Made by a program: the position numbers and the translations under genes. A stretch of 64,000 nucleotides of DNA from Cenarchaeum sp. (GTDB lineage Archaea; Thermoproteota; Nitrososphaeria; Nitrososphaerales; Nitrosopumilaceae), in the NCBI GenBank assembly GCA_963692915.1, contig OY843584.1:864001-928000 (forward strand), in the 5' to 3' direction. This document shows, piece by piece, positions 18,693 to 27,932 of the stretch. How positions within the stretch are numbered: position 1 is the stretch's first letter; each line of letters begins with the position of its first letter. The notes under the pieces are model-generated. The model was not told where the DNA came from, did no database searches, and worked only from the letters and a program-made list of their open reading frames with translations.

Positions 18693-19037
18693 GACGACGC
18701 CCATGCCCATCGTCTTTGCAACGTTGGAGACGGCATAGTCATCAGTGACGAGCTCGCCGCCAAGCTCGGAGCACAGCGCGATGACTGACACGTCTGCGCG
18801 CGAGAGCGCATCAGACTCGCCTGCGCGCCGTGCTGCTGCGCGTGCGGCAGCGACTGATGCCTCAGACGGGGACATGACGACGAGTCGTCTGACTGCGATG
18901 AGCGTCTCGATTGCGCCGTGGGCCGACTTTATGTGGCGGATCTCGCCATACACGTCCTCTGTCGTGTGCAGGATACCAGATGACGCAAATGGAACGCCCG
19001 CATAGAACGCCGAGGCGTCAAGAACCCTAAAAGCCAA
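18456..19037 (-). CDS. Nob1-like PIN-domain ribonuclease with Zn ribbon
   Basis: VLDASAF, LSRADVSVIAL, TDDYAVSNVA, CPAC...CAVCG. Confidence 0.88.
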   Translation of the reverse strand: MAFRVLDASAFYAGVPFASSGILHTTEDVYGEIRHIKSAHGAIETLIAVRRLVVMSPSEASVAAARAAARRAGESDALSRADVSVIALCSELGGELVTDDYAVSNVAKTMGMGVVSVMTAGTRAPRRWTRRCPACSRDMGSESRCAVCGGPASRRPATRRPPGGATAGRRAHDRAKPFGAHGAKALDARKLGR

Positions 19038-19842
19038 GCTTTGTCATCTGTCTCAGGCCAGCCTTCCTCTGCCTCACAAAAACCGCATGGCGGCTGTGGC
19101 GCCTTATCGTTATCGAGCCGCCAAACTCGACTGGCCTGATAACCTGCGCGTCCATGACAACGTTGCAGTCATGTGAGCACTTCACCTCGATCTTTTCATC
19201 TGGCACGACGATCGACTCGAGCCTGAACACGGGGGCAACAGGCGTTATGATAAGCACGTCGAGCGTCTCGTGGAGTATCGGGCCTCCAAGCGATAACGAG
19301 TGTCCCGTCGAGCCGCTAGGTGTCGCCACGATAACGCCGTCCATCTTTTGCGTGACTGTGTCGTTCTGGAACTTTATCTCAAACTCGGATGTCCGCGTAA
19401 GGTTGGCGCGGCTGATGAATATCTCATTGAGCGCGGCCGGAAACTCCTCGCCGCCAGTAGAGGCTGACACGCGCACGCGCCGGTCAAGGAATATCTTGTC
19501 GTGGCGAACCTGCTCAATTGCGCCGTCAATCCCGTCCATCGTGGTCTCGGAGAGTATGCCGCGGTTTCCGCCGACGTTTACGGCAAGCATCGGAACCTCA
19601 GAGTCAAGGCCGCGCGCCGTCCTCAGGGTCGTCCCGTCGCCGCCTAGCGTGATGACCATGTCAAGGCTCTCGCCGCGCATCGACTCGACATCCTCGGCCA
19701 CGCGAACGCCCTCAACAGACACCGGCGGCGTCGCGATGACCTCCGAGCCGGCAGCCGCAAGTCGGCCAGCCACCGCAGTCGCCGCCCTAGCAGCGTCTGC
19801 TGAGCCAAGCTTGCACACAATGCCAACCCTGTCGAGCCTCAT
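19027..19842 (-). CDS. nadK: NAD kinase
   Basis: LGGDGTTL, ALNE, DGVIVATPSGSTGHSLSLGGP. Confidence 0.94.
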   Translation of the reverse strand: MRLDRVGIVCKLGSADAARAATAVAGRLAAAGSEVIATPPVSVEGVRVAEDVESMRGESLDMVITLGGDGTTLRTARGLDSEVPMLAVNVGGNRGILSETTMDGIDGAIEQVRHDKIFLDRRVRVSASTGGEEFPAALNEIFISRANLTRTSEFEIKFQNDTVTQKMDGVIVATPSGSTGHSLSLGGPILHETLDVLIITPVAPVFRLESIVVPDEKIEVKCSHDCNVVMDAQVIRPVEFGGSITIRRHSRHAVFVRQRKAGLRQMTKLGF

Positions 19843-20024
19843 GCGGCACACGCATGCGCGCCTCAATTAAAAACAACCGACTCGGCATGGGCACCATTGC
19901 GCGCGCCAGCAGCAGTGCACGCGCGGGATCGGTGCGGCCGGAGAGCCAGGTTCGCCGCACGCGTGGTCGGCGCGCGACATGGCGCCCACAGTTTAAACGA
20001 GGCCATAACGGGCGCGTGGCCAAG

Positions 20025-20426
20025 ATGGTCGGCGAGCCCCCTGTTCTGTCCAGGGAGGAATATTCGACAAAGTGCGACCAGATACTTGAGGACTCGGAAA
20101 TCAGGTTCTGCGGCTTTATAGGCGGTGACGCCGAGATCATAGTCAGCAGGTTCAGAAAGGACGTTGATCCCATCGAGACTGACGAGAACAGGCGCAAGAT
20201 ATACCAAGATCTCGTAGCCCGCATAACGAGGCGCAAGATGTTTGATGCCAAGCTCGGGCGCGTAAAGTACTCGGCATCACGCCGCGAAAAGGCCGTAATG
20301 ATGAGCTTTCCGATCGGCGAGGACATCGTCATGGTCATGGCCGAGCCGCACGTCAACATTGACCGGACCGCATACAGGATTATCGAAAAGCTCGGCAGCC
20401 AGTGGTCAGAGTTTTACGGCAAATAG
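20025..20426 (+). CDS. Conserved thaumarchaeal hypothetical protein (DUF6659-like)
   Basis: EIRFCGFI...RRKMFDAKLGRVKYSASRREK pattern; TTTAAA ~30 nt upstream. Confidence 0.65.
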   Translation: MVGEPPVLSREEYSTKCDQILEDSEIRFCGFIGGDAEIIVSRFRKDVDPIETDENRRKIYQDLVARITRRKMFDAKLGRVKYSASRREKAVMMSFPIGEDIVMVMAEPHVNIDRTAYRIIEKLGSQWSEFYGK

Positions 20427-20443
20427 AAAAGATGGTGTGGGGC

Positions 20444-21394
20444 CTAGAACCCCTTTGGAAGCGTTCCGTGAGTTGAGCTAGGTGCCGGTGCGGTGCGCTT
20501 TTGCGCATTTTCTCGCGCAAGGCGCTCGAGCTCTGCTCGCTCAGCCTGCTCCTTTTCTAGTCTCTTGAGATAGTCTTCCTCGTATGACTCGAGATTGCTC
20601 TTTGAGCTGCCACCCTGCTGTGCTTGCTGCTGCTGCTGCTGCGGTGGGGGCGACATGCCCTTTGGCAGGCTTCCGTGCGTCGATGACGGCGGTGGTGGAG
20701 GTGGCGGTGCGCTATCCTGTGTGCCAGCCTCATCTACGCGCATGCCATAACCCGTGAAGCGCTTTTCGGGTGGATGGTATGCGAGTCTCTGCCTTGTCGC
20801 AAAGTACTGGTTTGAGGGCTGCGTGTATCCCGTGACATTCTTCTTTTGGAGGTTCCAGTCAGACGTTGCGACCTTGCCCGTCGGTGCCGTGTTGCGCGCA
20901 TAGTAGCGGCTCGGCGAGGGCGTGTATCCCGTTATCTTGGCGCGCATCTCGCCAAACGTGTCAGTTATCGGAAAGTTTCGGTATGACTCTTCGAGTGCTG
21001 CAGCCACCGTTGCCGGTGGTGCGCTAGTCTCGGCGCTAGCCGTCTGCGGTGGTGGTGCCATGCCTTTTGGCAGGCTCCCTCGCGTCGATGACGGCTGCGG
21101 TGCAGGCTTTGGCGGCGGTGCTGTCTGCTGCTGCTGCTGCGATGGGGGCGACATGCCCTTTGGCAGGCTACCACGAGCCGATGACGGCTGCGGTGCAGGC
21201 TTTGGCGGCGGTGCTGTCTGCTGCTTTTGGGCAGTGCCCTTTGGCAGGCTTCCGCGCGTCGATGACGGCTCCGGTTTTGGCGGTGCCTGAGCCGAGAGCT
21301 TTGCGATCTGAGCCTCTAGGGTGTGAATCCTCTCCTCTAGGTCCTTCTTGGTCGTTCTCGATGACTTTGCCTTCCTTGTCGTTGCCATTGCCAT
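20444..21394 (-). CDS. Low-complexity Pro/Gln-rich protein with SSxxG(S/T)LPKG repeats and terminal coiled coils
   Basis: Five SS(T/A)(R/H)G(S/T)LPKG units; TAAATAA ~20 nt upstream. Confidence 0.8.
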   Translation of the reverse strand: MAMATTRKAKSSRTTKKDLEERIHTLEAQIAKLSAQAPPKPEPSSTRGSLPKGTAQKQQTAPPPKPAPQPSSARGSLPKGMSPPSQQQQQTAPPPKPAPQPSSTRGSLPKGMAPPPQTASAETSAPPATVAAALEESYRNFPITDTFGEMRAKITGYTPSPSRYYARNTAPTGKVATSDWNLQKKNVTGYTQPSNQYFATRQRLAYHPPEKRFTGYGMRVDEAGTQDSAPPPPPPPSSTHGSLPKGMSPPPQQQQQQAQQGGSSKSNLESYEEDYLKRLEKEQAERAELERLARENAQKRTAPAPSSTHGTLPKGF

Positions 21395-21466
21395 GGCGCA
21401 AGAGGGGGTGCTTATTTACATTTTGGTTGATCGCAGCGGATTTCACGCCTGAGGGCGCCCGGACCG

Positions 21467-21658
21467 CTAGTCAGGCTCCCAGAACTGCATCACATAGAGG
21501 CAGTTGTTGCAGCGCCAGACGCTCACGTGCGGGCCGTTGGCCGTGTCAGCCCCATACTCGCCGCCCTTGAGCCTCACGGCCGTGGGCAAAAAGTGCGTAT
21601 TTGGGCTCTGGAGCCACTCGTCCTGGCCGCAGTTGGGGCAGCGCGTCCTTGGGGGCAA
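21467..21658 (-). CDS. Small Zn-ribbon protein (~63 aa)
   Basis: CPNCG...WRCNNC; start TTG 21658 inferred. Confidence 0.7.
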   Translation of the reverse strand: MPPRTRCPNCGQDEWLQSPNTHFLPTAVRLKGGEYGADTANGPHVSVWRCNNCLYVMQFWEPD

Positions 21659-21745
21659 CGCGACGCGCTCGCGAGGCTCCCAAAATGTAGGTTTCGGGCA
21701 GGTCTGCCCAAAAGGGGTAATTAGGGCAGCGCGCTGGGTGCGCCA

Positions 21746-22699
21746 TTGGCGCAGGTGGACGCGCAGTCTGGTCTTGGCGAGCTCGTCGACCGGCTGCGCG
21801 GCGATGGCGGTGTGCGCGACGACGAGGTGGACGCTGGTGCGATCGCCGAGCTGCGCGCGCTGGGGTACGGGATTGCGCATGACGGCCCGTCATGGAGGAT
21901 GACTCGCAGGACCGAGCGCATCCTCCCATGGGAGCTTGCGCGCGGACTGCAGACAAGCGTGCTCGGCAGGCGCGCAGAGTACCATGACGAGATTGGCTCG
22001 ACGCAGGATCGCGCAATCGAGGTGGCGCGCTCTGGTGACGCGCGCGGCACAGTCGTCGTTGCGCGAACGCAACTGTCCGGAAGGGGACGCCGCGGAAGGA
22101 GGTGGGAGTCGCCGGCCGGAGGCTTGTGGATGTCAGTTGTCATCGGAGAGTGCGCCGGTGACGCAAGCATTCTGCCGCTTGCCGCATCACTCTCCCTAAG
22201 GGACGCGGTTCTCGGCACGATTGGCACAGAAACCGGACTCGTGTGGCCAAACGACATTGTGGTTCTCAGGGACGGCGCGGCGCACAAGGTCGCCGGCATT
22301 GTCGTTGACGCAGATGCGCGCGGCGAGTCCATCGAGCATGCCGTCATTGGGGTCGGGATAAACATCGGCGTTGACGAGGATGCGCTAAACGCGTCGATTC
22401 ATGGTGCGGCGCGAAGGGCAGCGTCGTTGCGCGGTGACGCCCATGCGCCAATAAGGCTTGCACAATCATTTCTGCTAAACCTCGAGTCAGTGTGCGCAAG
22501 GCTCGGGCGTGATGCCGCAGGCATTGCAGCAGAGTGGTCAAGGGAGTCAGGCATGGTGGGGCGAACGGCCACTGTCAGGACCGAGTCTTGCGCGGTTTCC
22601 GGGACCGTTGTGCGGATTGACCCTGACGGGGCGCTCGTCCTGCGCTGCGGCGGGCGCGAGGAGCGCTTTGTCGCCGGCGAGGTTGTTTGCGTCCGCTAG
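21746..22699 (+). CDS. birA: Biotin-[acetyl-CoA carboxylase] ligase
   Basis: STQD, QLSGRGRRGRRW, WPND, KVAGI, GVGINI. Confidence 0.93.
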   Translation: MAQVDAQSGLGELVDRLRGDGGVRDDEVDAGAIAELRALGYGIAHDGPSWRMTRRTERILPWELARGLQTSVLGRRAEYHDEIGSTQDRAIEVARSGDARGTVVVARTQLSGRGRRGRRWESPAGGLWMSVVIGECAGDASILPLAASLSLRDAVLGTIGTETGLVWPNDIVVLRDGAAHKVAGIVVDADARGESIEHAVIGVGINIGVDEDALNASIHGAARRAASLRGDAHAPIRLAQSFLLNLESVCARLGRDAAGIAAEWSRESGMVGRTATVRTESCAVSGTVVRIDPDGALVLRCGGREERFVAGEVVCVR

Positions 22700-22985
22700 T
22701 GGCCCGCGAGCGCACGCTCCGGCCGAGCATCTCAGACAGCTCGGACTGGACGTCGAGGACCGAGTCGATGATGCCCTCGAGGCCTGATGCGTACTCGGCA
22801 TAGAGGTCGATTATCCGCGACTTTTGGGCGCCGGATCGCGCGAGCGTGTCGTTTGCGCGAATCAGGTTTGCCGCATCGGTGAGTTCCGGGCTAGTCGGTG
22901 CCGGCTCGCCTATCTTGCCAAGGGCAGCCCTAGCCGCGTCTATCTGCTCGCGGAGGCTCGGTGAGCCCTGCGCGCGACCTGCCAT
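22575..22985 (-). CDS. Hypothetical protein with basic C-terminal tail
   Basis: Helical ORF with TTTAAC ~24 nt upstream; 3' end overlaps birA. Confidence 0.55.
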   Translation of the reverse strand: MAGRAQGSPSLREQIDAARAALGKIGEPAPTSPELTDAANLIRANDTLARSGAQKSRIIDLYAEYASGLEGIIDSVLDVQSELSEMLGRSVRSRATSGRKQPRRRQSAPRARRSAGRAPRQGQSAQRSRKPRKTRS

Positions 22986-23091
22986 GGGGCAGCGAGGGGT
23001 GCCGGGGCGTTAAAGCCTTTGTGCGGCGCCACGCACGAGATCGTGCGCAATATGCACAGGATAAATAGATTGGATGCGTCCCCGCCGACTG

Positions 23092-24507
23092 ATGGCATGG
23101 AGACTAGTGGCCTGCGGCGCCGTGGCAGCAGCTCTAGCCGTTGCGCTAGCCGGAACGGCCGACGCGCAGGATGACGGTGTAATGAAGGAGGCCCGAAGCC
23201 TCTTTGCGCGCGGCGAGTATTCGGCGGCCATTGCGATATACGACGGCATTCTCGACGGGGCGCCAAGGGACGCAGATGTCCTGCGCCTAAAGGGAATAGC
23301 GCAGTCAAACAGCGGCCTGCATCGCGAGTCGCTCATATCGTTCTATACCGTGCTCCAGGACAACCCTGCTGACACCGTTGCGCTAGCCGGAGCCGGCGTG
23401 GGGTTTGGCAACCTAGGCGAGTACGCCGAGGCAAGGCTGTACTTTGCGAGGGCCCTTGAGGCAGAGCCGGAGAGCACGGTGTACCAAAACTATGCGACGT
23501 TTATCGATGGCGTGATAACAAAATACCCCTACAAGGCCACCGAAAAGCCCGACTTTGCGGCACCATCGCAGCGCCCCTCAAAGGTGCCGGCGTGGACCAC
23601 CGGCATTGCGCTGTGGTGGGCCGGCGGGCAGATAAGCGGCGAGGAGTTTCTCGAGGCGATCACGTACCTTCTCGCCGAGGGCGTCATTGTCGTTCCCGTC
23701 GCCGGCATGGAGCGGACCGCCTCCCCGCAGACCGTGCCTGATGAGGAGACGCTCGTGGAGTGGGCATCAGGAAACGTCACAGTCGGCAGCCTAGCGCAGA
23801 CCGTGCGCGAGATGCTCATCGGCGGCCTAGTCGACGGGCCGCCTGAGAGTGCCGAGGCAAAGGCTTCGCGCGACAGGGACGGCCTCTTTTTGTTCAAGAA
23901 CTATCTAGGGCGCATAGTCTCCAACGTCGATAGCGAAAAGCGCTACATCGAGTACCCCAACCCCAGCGGTGATGTGATCAAAAAGTTCCTGCGCGACTAT
24001 GTAAAGTGGAACTTTGACGAGGAGGCCGCGCGCGCCGCCACCAGTTTTCCGGATCCCGAGATCGACGTGCGGATCGGCGCGGGGGCGACCATACGCTACA
24101 ACGTGTTCATAAACGAGCAGCCCTCCGGACTGCCCCTCAACCATGTCGAGACGCTGGGCGACTCGATGGCGTTCTGGGAGGCCCAGACGCTCCAGTACGG
24201 CGGCGAGGACGCGAGCATCATCTTTAGCGTGACGCGCGCAAAGCACGAGGCCAACGTGTGGGTCACGTGGGTGGTCAGGGATCTCGGCGAGGGCGTCCTG
24301 GGCCATGCGCACGTAGGCAAGGGGATTGTGGAAGTCGCCCTAGGCGACTATGCGTGCGACGGGAGCTTTCAGCTGTATGACGTGGGCACCGTTCAGGAGA
24401 TAATGACGCACGAGCTGGGCCACTCTGTCGGCCTGGGCCACTCTGATGTCAAGACCAGCATAATGTACCCCACGCTCTCCCCCTCATACGCGTACTGCCT
24501 CCTCTAG
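23092..24507 (+). CDS. Secreted TPR + matrixin-type zinc metallopeptidase
   Basis: Signal peptide, TPRs, VPAW...WWAGGQIS repeat, HELGHSVGLGH plus Met-turn SIMYP. Confidence 0.88.
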   Translation: MAWRLVACGAVAAALAVALAGTADAQDDGVMKEARSLFARGEYSAAIAIYDGILDGAPRDADVLRLKGIAQSNSGLHRESLISFYTVLQDNPADTVALAGAGVGFGNLGEYAEARLYFARALEAEPESTVYQNYATFIDGVITKYPYKATEKPDFAAPSQRPSKVPAWTTGIALWWAGGQISGEEFLEAITYLLAEGVIVVPVAGMERTASPQTVPDEETLVEWASGNVTVGSLAQTVREMLIGGLVDGPPESAEAKASRDRDGLFLFKNYLGRIVSNVDSEKRYIEYPNPSGDVIKKFLRDYVKWNFDEEAARAATSFPDPEIDVRIGAGATIRYNVFINEQPSGLPLNHVETLGDSMAFWEAQTLQYGGEDASIIFSVTRAKHEANVWVTWVVRDLGEGVLGHAHVGKGIVEVALGDYACDGSFQLYDVGTVQEIMTHELGHSVGLGHSDVKTSIMYPTLSPSYAYCLL

Positions 24508-25067
24508 CCGTCCCACGTGGCGCGCGGTGGGCCGCGGCGCATGACCAGAAAGACGCCGGCGGCAATGCCGACATGGTACAGCGAGTACATTGCGACGTGA
24601 AACTCGGTGGGGACATATCCGGCAAACCTTGACGCGAGGGCCAGGAAGAACGTGATGACACTTATTGCAAAGACAAAGTATCGCGCGATTGCGGGCAGCT
24701 CGGCGCTGCGAAAGAGGAGCATTAGCGAGACGGTGATGAGCATGGCGAGCGTTGACCAAAACCCGCCGTCAACGCCGAGGAGTTGCGCGATGATATTCGC
24801 GAGTCCCTCCAGGGTCTCAGGCGTTCCCAGTCCGGCAAGGTTCACGCGCTCTGGTGACGCAAAGCGCAGCGCGCTCAGGATGGCGTGCGCGAGAAAGACG
24901 ATGAGGAGTATCGTCGAGGCGGCGCGCGCGTGTGAGCGAAGCGACGGAAAGCGCCGGCGGACGCCGCGCGCAAGCATTGCGCCCTGGAGCGCGCCGACGC
25001 CAAATGCGACTGCGAATGACTCGATATAGTGCGCCTCGGCGAGCCCTAGCAGTTCCTCCCCAAGCAA
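24504..25067 (-). CDS. Hypothetical membrane protein
   Basis: About five hydrophobic segments. Confidence 0.7.
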   Translation of the reverse strand: MLGEELLGLAEAHYIESFAVAFGVGALQGAMLARGVRRRFPSLRSHARAASTILLIVFLAHAILSALRFASPERVNLAGLGTPETLEGLANIIAQLLGVDGGFWSTLAMLITVSLMLLFRSAELPAIARYFVFAISVITFFLALASRFAGYVPTEFHVAMYSLYHVGIAAGVFLVMRRGPPRATWDG

Positions 25068-25138
25068 CGCGCGCGCGGCGCGCAGTGAGGGGATTTAGGG
25101 ATTGCCATTGGGCACGGAGGCCATGCGCGACATGACTG

Positions 25139-25215
25139 TGGTGGGGACGATGGGACTTGAACCCATGATCTCCAGCGCCCGAGGCTGGCAGTCCACCATG
25201 CTAACCTACGTCCCC
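25139..25215 (-). tRNA. tRNA-Pro(CGG)
   Basis: GGGGACG acceptor stem, anticodon arm CCAGC-CTCGGGC-GCTGG, TTCAAGT T-loop, ends ACCA. Confidence 0.95.
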
Positions 25216-25640
25216 GGCGGGGCGCCTGACGGGCCGTTATTATGTCTAATTCCGCAATGCCATGGCCGCCATGTGCCATGGCGTGATTGACCCTGTTGTG
25301 CGAATCCATGTCGCATGTCAGCAGAGCGCGCTCCAAAGTCGCCCCCCTGCCAGGTGACATGCCGCGCCCTATATGGGCGAGTATGCGACGCTCATCGTGC
25401 CGGCCAGGGCCACTAGGTCACAGACGGCGGCACGTCAGTCAGCGCCACACGGCTCCCGTGGATTGACACAGGGAGGAGGGAGCAGCCAGCCATGGCGCAC
25501 AATCCAGTCTCGCCAGTGTTTCGCACATTGCGCCGCAAGGGTGCGCGCGACACGACGTCTGCCAGAGACGCAGAAACGTGTATCATCGCGCAGCCAACAC
25601 TTTCATTGCCGACACATCACGCCAGGGCGCACAACTGGCG

Positions 25641-26483
25641 CTAGCCGTAGGACTCGAACTTTACCTCAAAGGAGCCGTCGGCTCGCTTGTCGCGCTGTGT
25701 CACAAATCCGGACGGCTTTAGATAGTCCATCGAGCCGTCTATTGTCCCCTGCCAGCCGCAGATGTAGAACATTGTGTTCTCCTTTGTGATCTTTTCGCCG
25801 ACGAGCTTTTCGAGCGGCGAGCGGCCGTCCTCACCGGGGCGCAGGAACGTCTCGACCCTGCCCGTGTGGCCGCCCCATGACCGGTTGAACCACTCTTGCG
25901 GGCGGCTGATCGCGGCCCTGTAGGTAAAGTTCCACTTGTCGCGCCCGCGATCGAGGCTCTCGTGCTCTAGGTCCGTAAAGAGCGACTTGTAGCTCAGCTC
26001 GTCAACATAGCTTGCGCCGTGGAGAACGACGATCTCGCGCCTGTCCCCCACATCATGGAGGTGAGACGCAAAGCTCGCAAACGGCGCAATCCCCGTGCCG
26101 CCGCCGATGCACACAATCCTGCGATCATCGCGGCGACCGTCAGGAAGCTTGTCATTGATGAGCAGCGCGGCGCCAGTCGGGCGTATCCAGCTGACCTCGT
26201 CGCCCTCCTTTGCGTTAAAGAGCTGCGTCGTGAGCCTCCCAGGGAGGGGCTTGCGAACCCAGCGTATGACGAGCTCGATGTACTTGCGGTTCTCTGGATG
26301 CGAGGCAATAGAGTAGGCCCGGCGGATCAAGTTCTTCTCGCCGGGCACGTCCATGCCCAGCGTGATGAACTGGCCGGCCTTGTACTCGGGAACCTCGCCG
26401 TCGTTGGGCACTAGGCGGAATATTCCGAGATCCTCCTTTAGGAGCTGCACGTATGTCAGCGTCGCCTTGTTGTCCGTGACCAT
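25641..26483 (-). CDS. Ferredoxin-NADP+ reductase-like FAD/NAD(P) oxidoreductase
   Basis: YKAGQF, RRAYSIAS, GGGTGIAPF, YICG, terminal FESYG. Confidence 0.92.
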   Translation of the reverse strand: MVTDNKATLTYVQLLKEDLGIFRLVPNDGEVPEYKAGQFITLGMDVPGEKNLIRRAYSIASHPENRKYIELVIRWVRKPLPGRLTTQLFNAKEGDEVSWIRPTGAALLINDKLPDGRRDDRRIVCIGGGTGIAPFASFASHLHDVGDRREIVVLHGASYVDELSYKSLFTDLEHESLDRGRDKWNFTYRAAISRPQEWFNRSWGGHTGRVETFLRPGEDGRSPLEKLVGEKITKENTMFYICGWQGTIDGSMDYLKPSGFVTQRDKRADGSFEVKFESYG

Positions 26484-26741
26484 ATGCGCCGCTCGCGCCG
26501 CTCGCGTCGTTAAATACCTTGTGAGCGCCATGGGCAACGGTGGACCAGACAGGCTCGCGTGTGGCCATAATGCCCTGACCTAGAGCACGGCAGGCCAGCC
26601 ATGCGCCGGCGCTAGTGCAGGTGCCCCACAGGGCACGCCGGCTGCAGCAGAGACGGAACTAGGGGGCGCCCATGCTACGGTCATGGGCAAGCTGCGCGCG
26701 CGTTAAAGCCTTAAAATACCGCCGCAGCGCGCCCGTGCGCC

Positions 26742-27152
26742 GTGTCAAAGCCAGCAGACCTAGGATCGCTAAAGGTGGGCTCGTACATACTCTTGCCCGT
26801 CTCTGACCAGCCCACCGGCGAGGCGTGCAGGATTGTCGAATATGACACGAGCAAGCCGGGCAAGCACGGCTCGGCCAAGGCAAGAATCGTCGGCGTTGGC
26901 GTCTTTGATGGCCAAAAGCGCCCGCACGTCGGGCCGGTGAGCATGCAGATTCACGTCCCCCTGATCGACAAGCGGACCGCGCAGGTCATATCGATCAGCG
27001 GCGAGACGATACAGATCATGGACTCGGAAACCTTTGATACCATAGATGTCACGATGGTCGACGACGAGATAAAGGGCACAGTCGAGAACGGCCAGAACGT
27101 AGAGTACTGGACCGTCATGGGCATGACTAAAATAATGCGCGTCCGGGGCTGA
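26742..27152 (+). CDS. eif5a: Translation factor aIF5A
   Basis: Hypusine motif SKPGKHGSAKAR. Confidence 0.96.
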   Translation: MSKPADLGSLKVGSYILLPVSDQPTGEACRIVEYDTSKPGKHGSAKARIVGVGVFDGQKRPHVGPVSMQIHVPLIDKRTAQVISISGETIQIMDSETFDTIDVTMVDDEIKGTVENGQNVEYWTVMGMTKIMRVRG

Positions 27153-27157
27153 GCGCA

Positions 27158-27217
27158 GCGCCGATGAAATGCGGAAAAGCCATCTGATGATGATGAGGAT
27201 TATGAGTTACGAGGCGC
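27158..27217 (+). ncRNA. Box C/D guide sRNA (predicted target C34 of a CAU-anticodon tRNA)
   Basis: Terminal stem GCGCC/GGCGC; C CGATGA 27162, D' CTGA 27184, C' TGATGA 27191, variant D ACGA 27209; guide GGATTATGAGT complementary to ACUCAUAAUCC. Confidence 0.78.
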
Positions 27218-27245
27218 CATGCCACCTGCAGGGTTTAGGGGCGGC

Positions 27246-27932
27246 GTGAGGCTAGCTGCACTAATGTCAGGTGGCAAGGACAGCGCGTATGCGGCGCATC
27301 TTGCGAGCTCTAGCGGGCACGATATCGCCTGCGTTGTCGGCGCGCTGCCAGAGAGCGGCGAGAACATGGTATATCACCACCCCAACGCGCAGCACGTTGC
27401 GCTGCACGCCGAGGCCATGGGCGTGCCGCTAGTCAGCTTTGCCGCACCGGCCGCCGACGGCGGCGCACTGGCACTGGCGCTCGCCGAGGCCGCGTGCGAG
27501 CACGATATTGACGGAGTCGTCCACGGTGGAATCAGCAGCGCGTTTCAGCGCGACACGTTTGCGGCTGCGGCCAAGAGTGCGGGCATTCAGGCCATTGCGC
27601 CCCTGTGGGGGCACGGCGGCGTCGCGCACCTGCAATCGCTCCTCGCCGCGCAGTTTAGGTTTGTCATAGTCGCCGTCTCGGCCGGCGGTCTCGGGGCCGA
27701 GTGGCTTGGGGCCGAGGTGACTGACGGGGCGGTGCGGAGGCTAGGGCGCCTCGCCGAAAAGTTTGGGTTTGACGCGTCATTTGAGGGCGGCGAGGCCGAG
27801 ACGTTTGTCACCGAATGCCCGCTCTTTGCGCGCGCGATCGAGATTCGCGGCGCGACGGCGACGTGGGACGGGTACAGGGGAAGGTTTGAAATAGAGGACG
27901 CGGCCCTGCGCGCGCCATGCTCGACTCGCTAA
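27246..27932 (+). CDS. Diphthine-ammonia ligase (Dph6 family)
   Basis: LMSGGKDS, APLWG, FEGGEAETFVTECPLF. Confidence 0.9.
   Translation: MRLAALMSGGKDSAYAAHLASSSGHDIACVVGALPESGENMVYHHPNAQHVALHAEAMGVPLVSFAAPAADGGALALALAEAACEHDIDGVVHGGISSAFQRDTFAAAAKSAGIQAIAPLWGHGGVAHLQSLLAAQFRFVIVAVSAGGLGAEWLGAEVTDGAVRRLGRLAEKFGFDASFEGGEAETFVTECPLFARAIEIRGATATWDGYRGRFEIEDAALRAPCSTR

Noticed and set aside
25216-25640. ORFs or ncRNA in the gap beside tRNA-Pro
   Set aside because: No motif, repeat or coding-like composition recognised.
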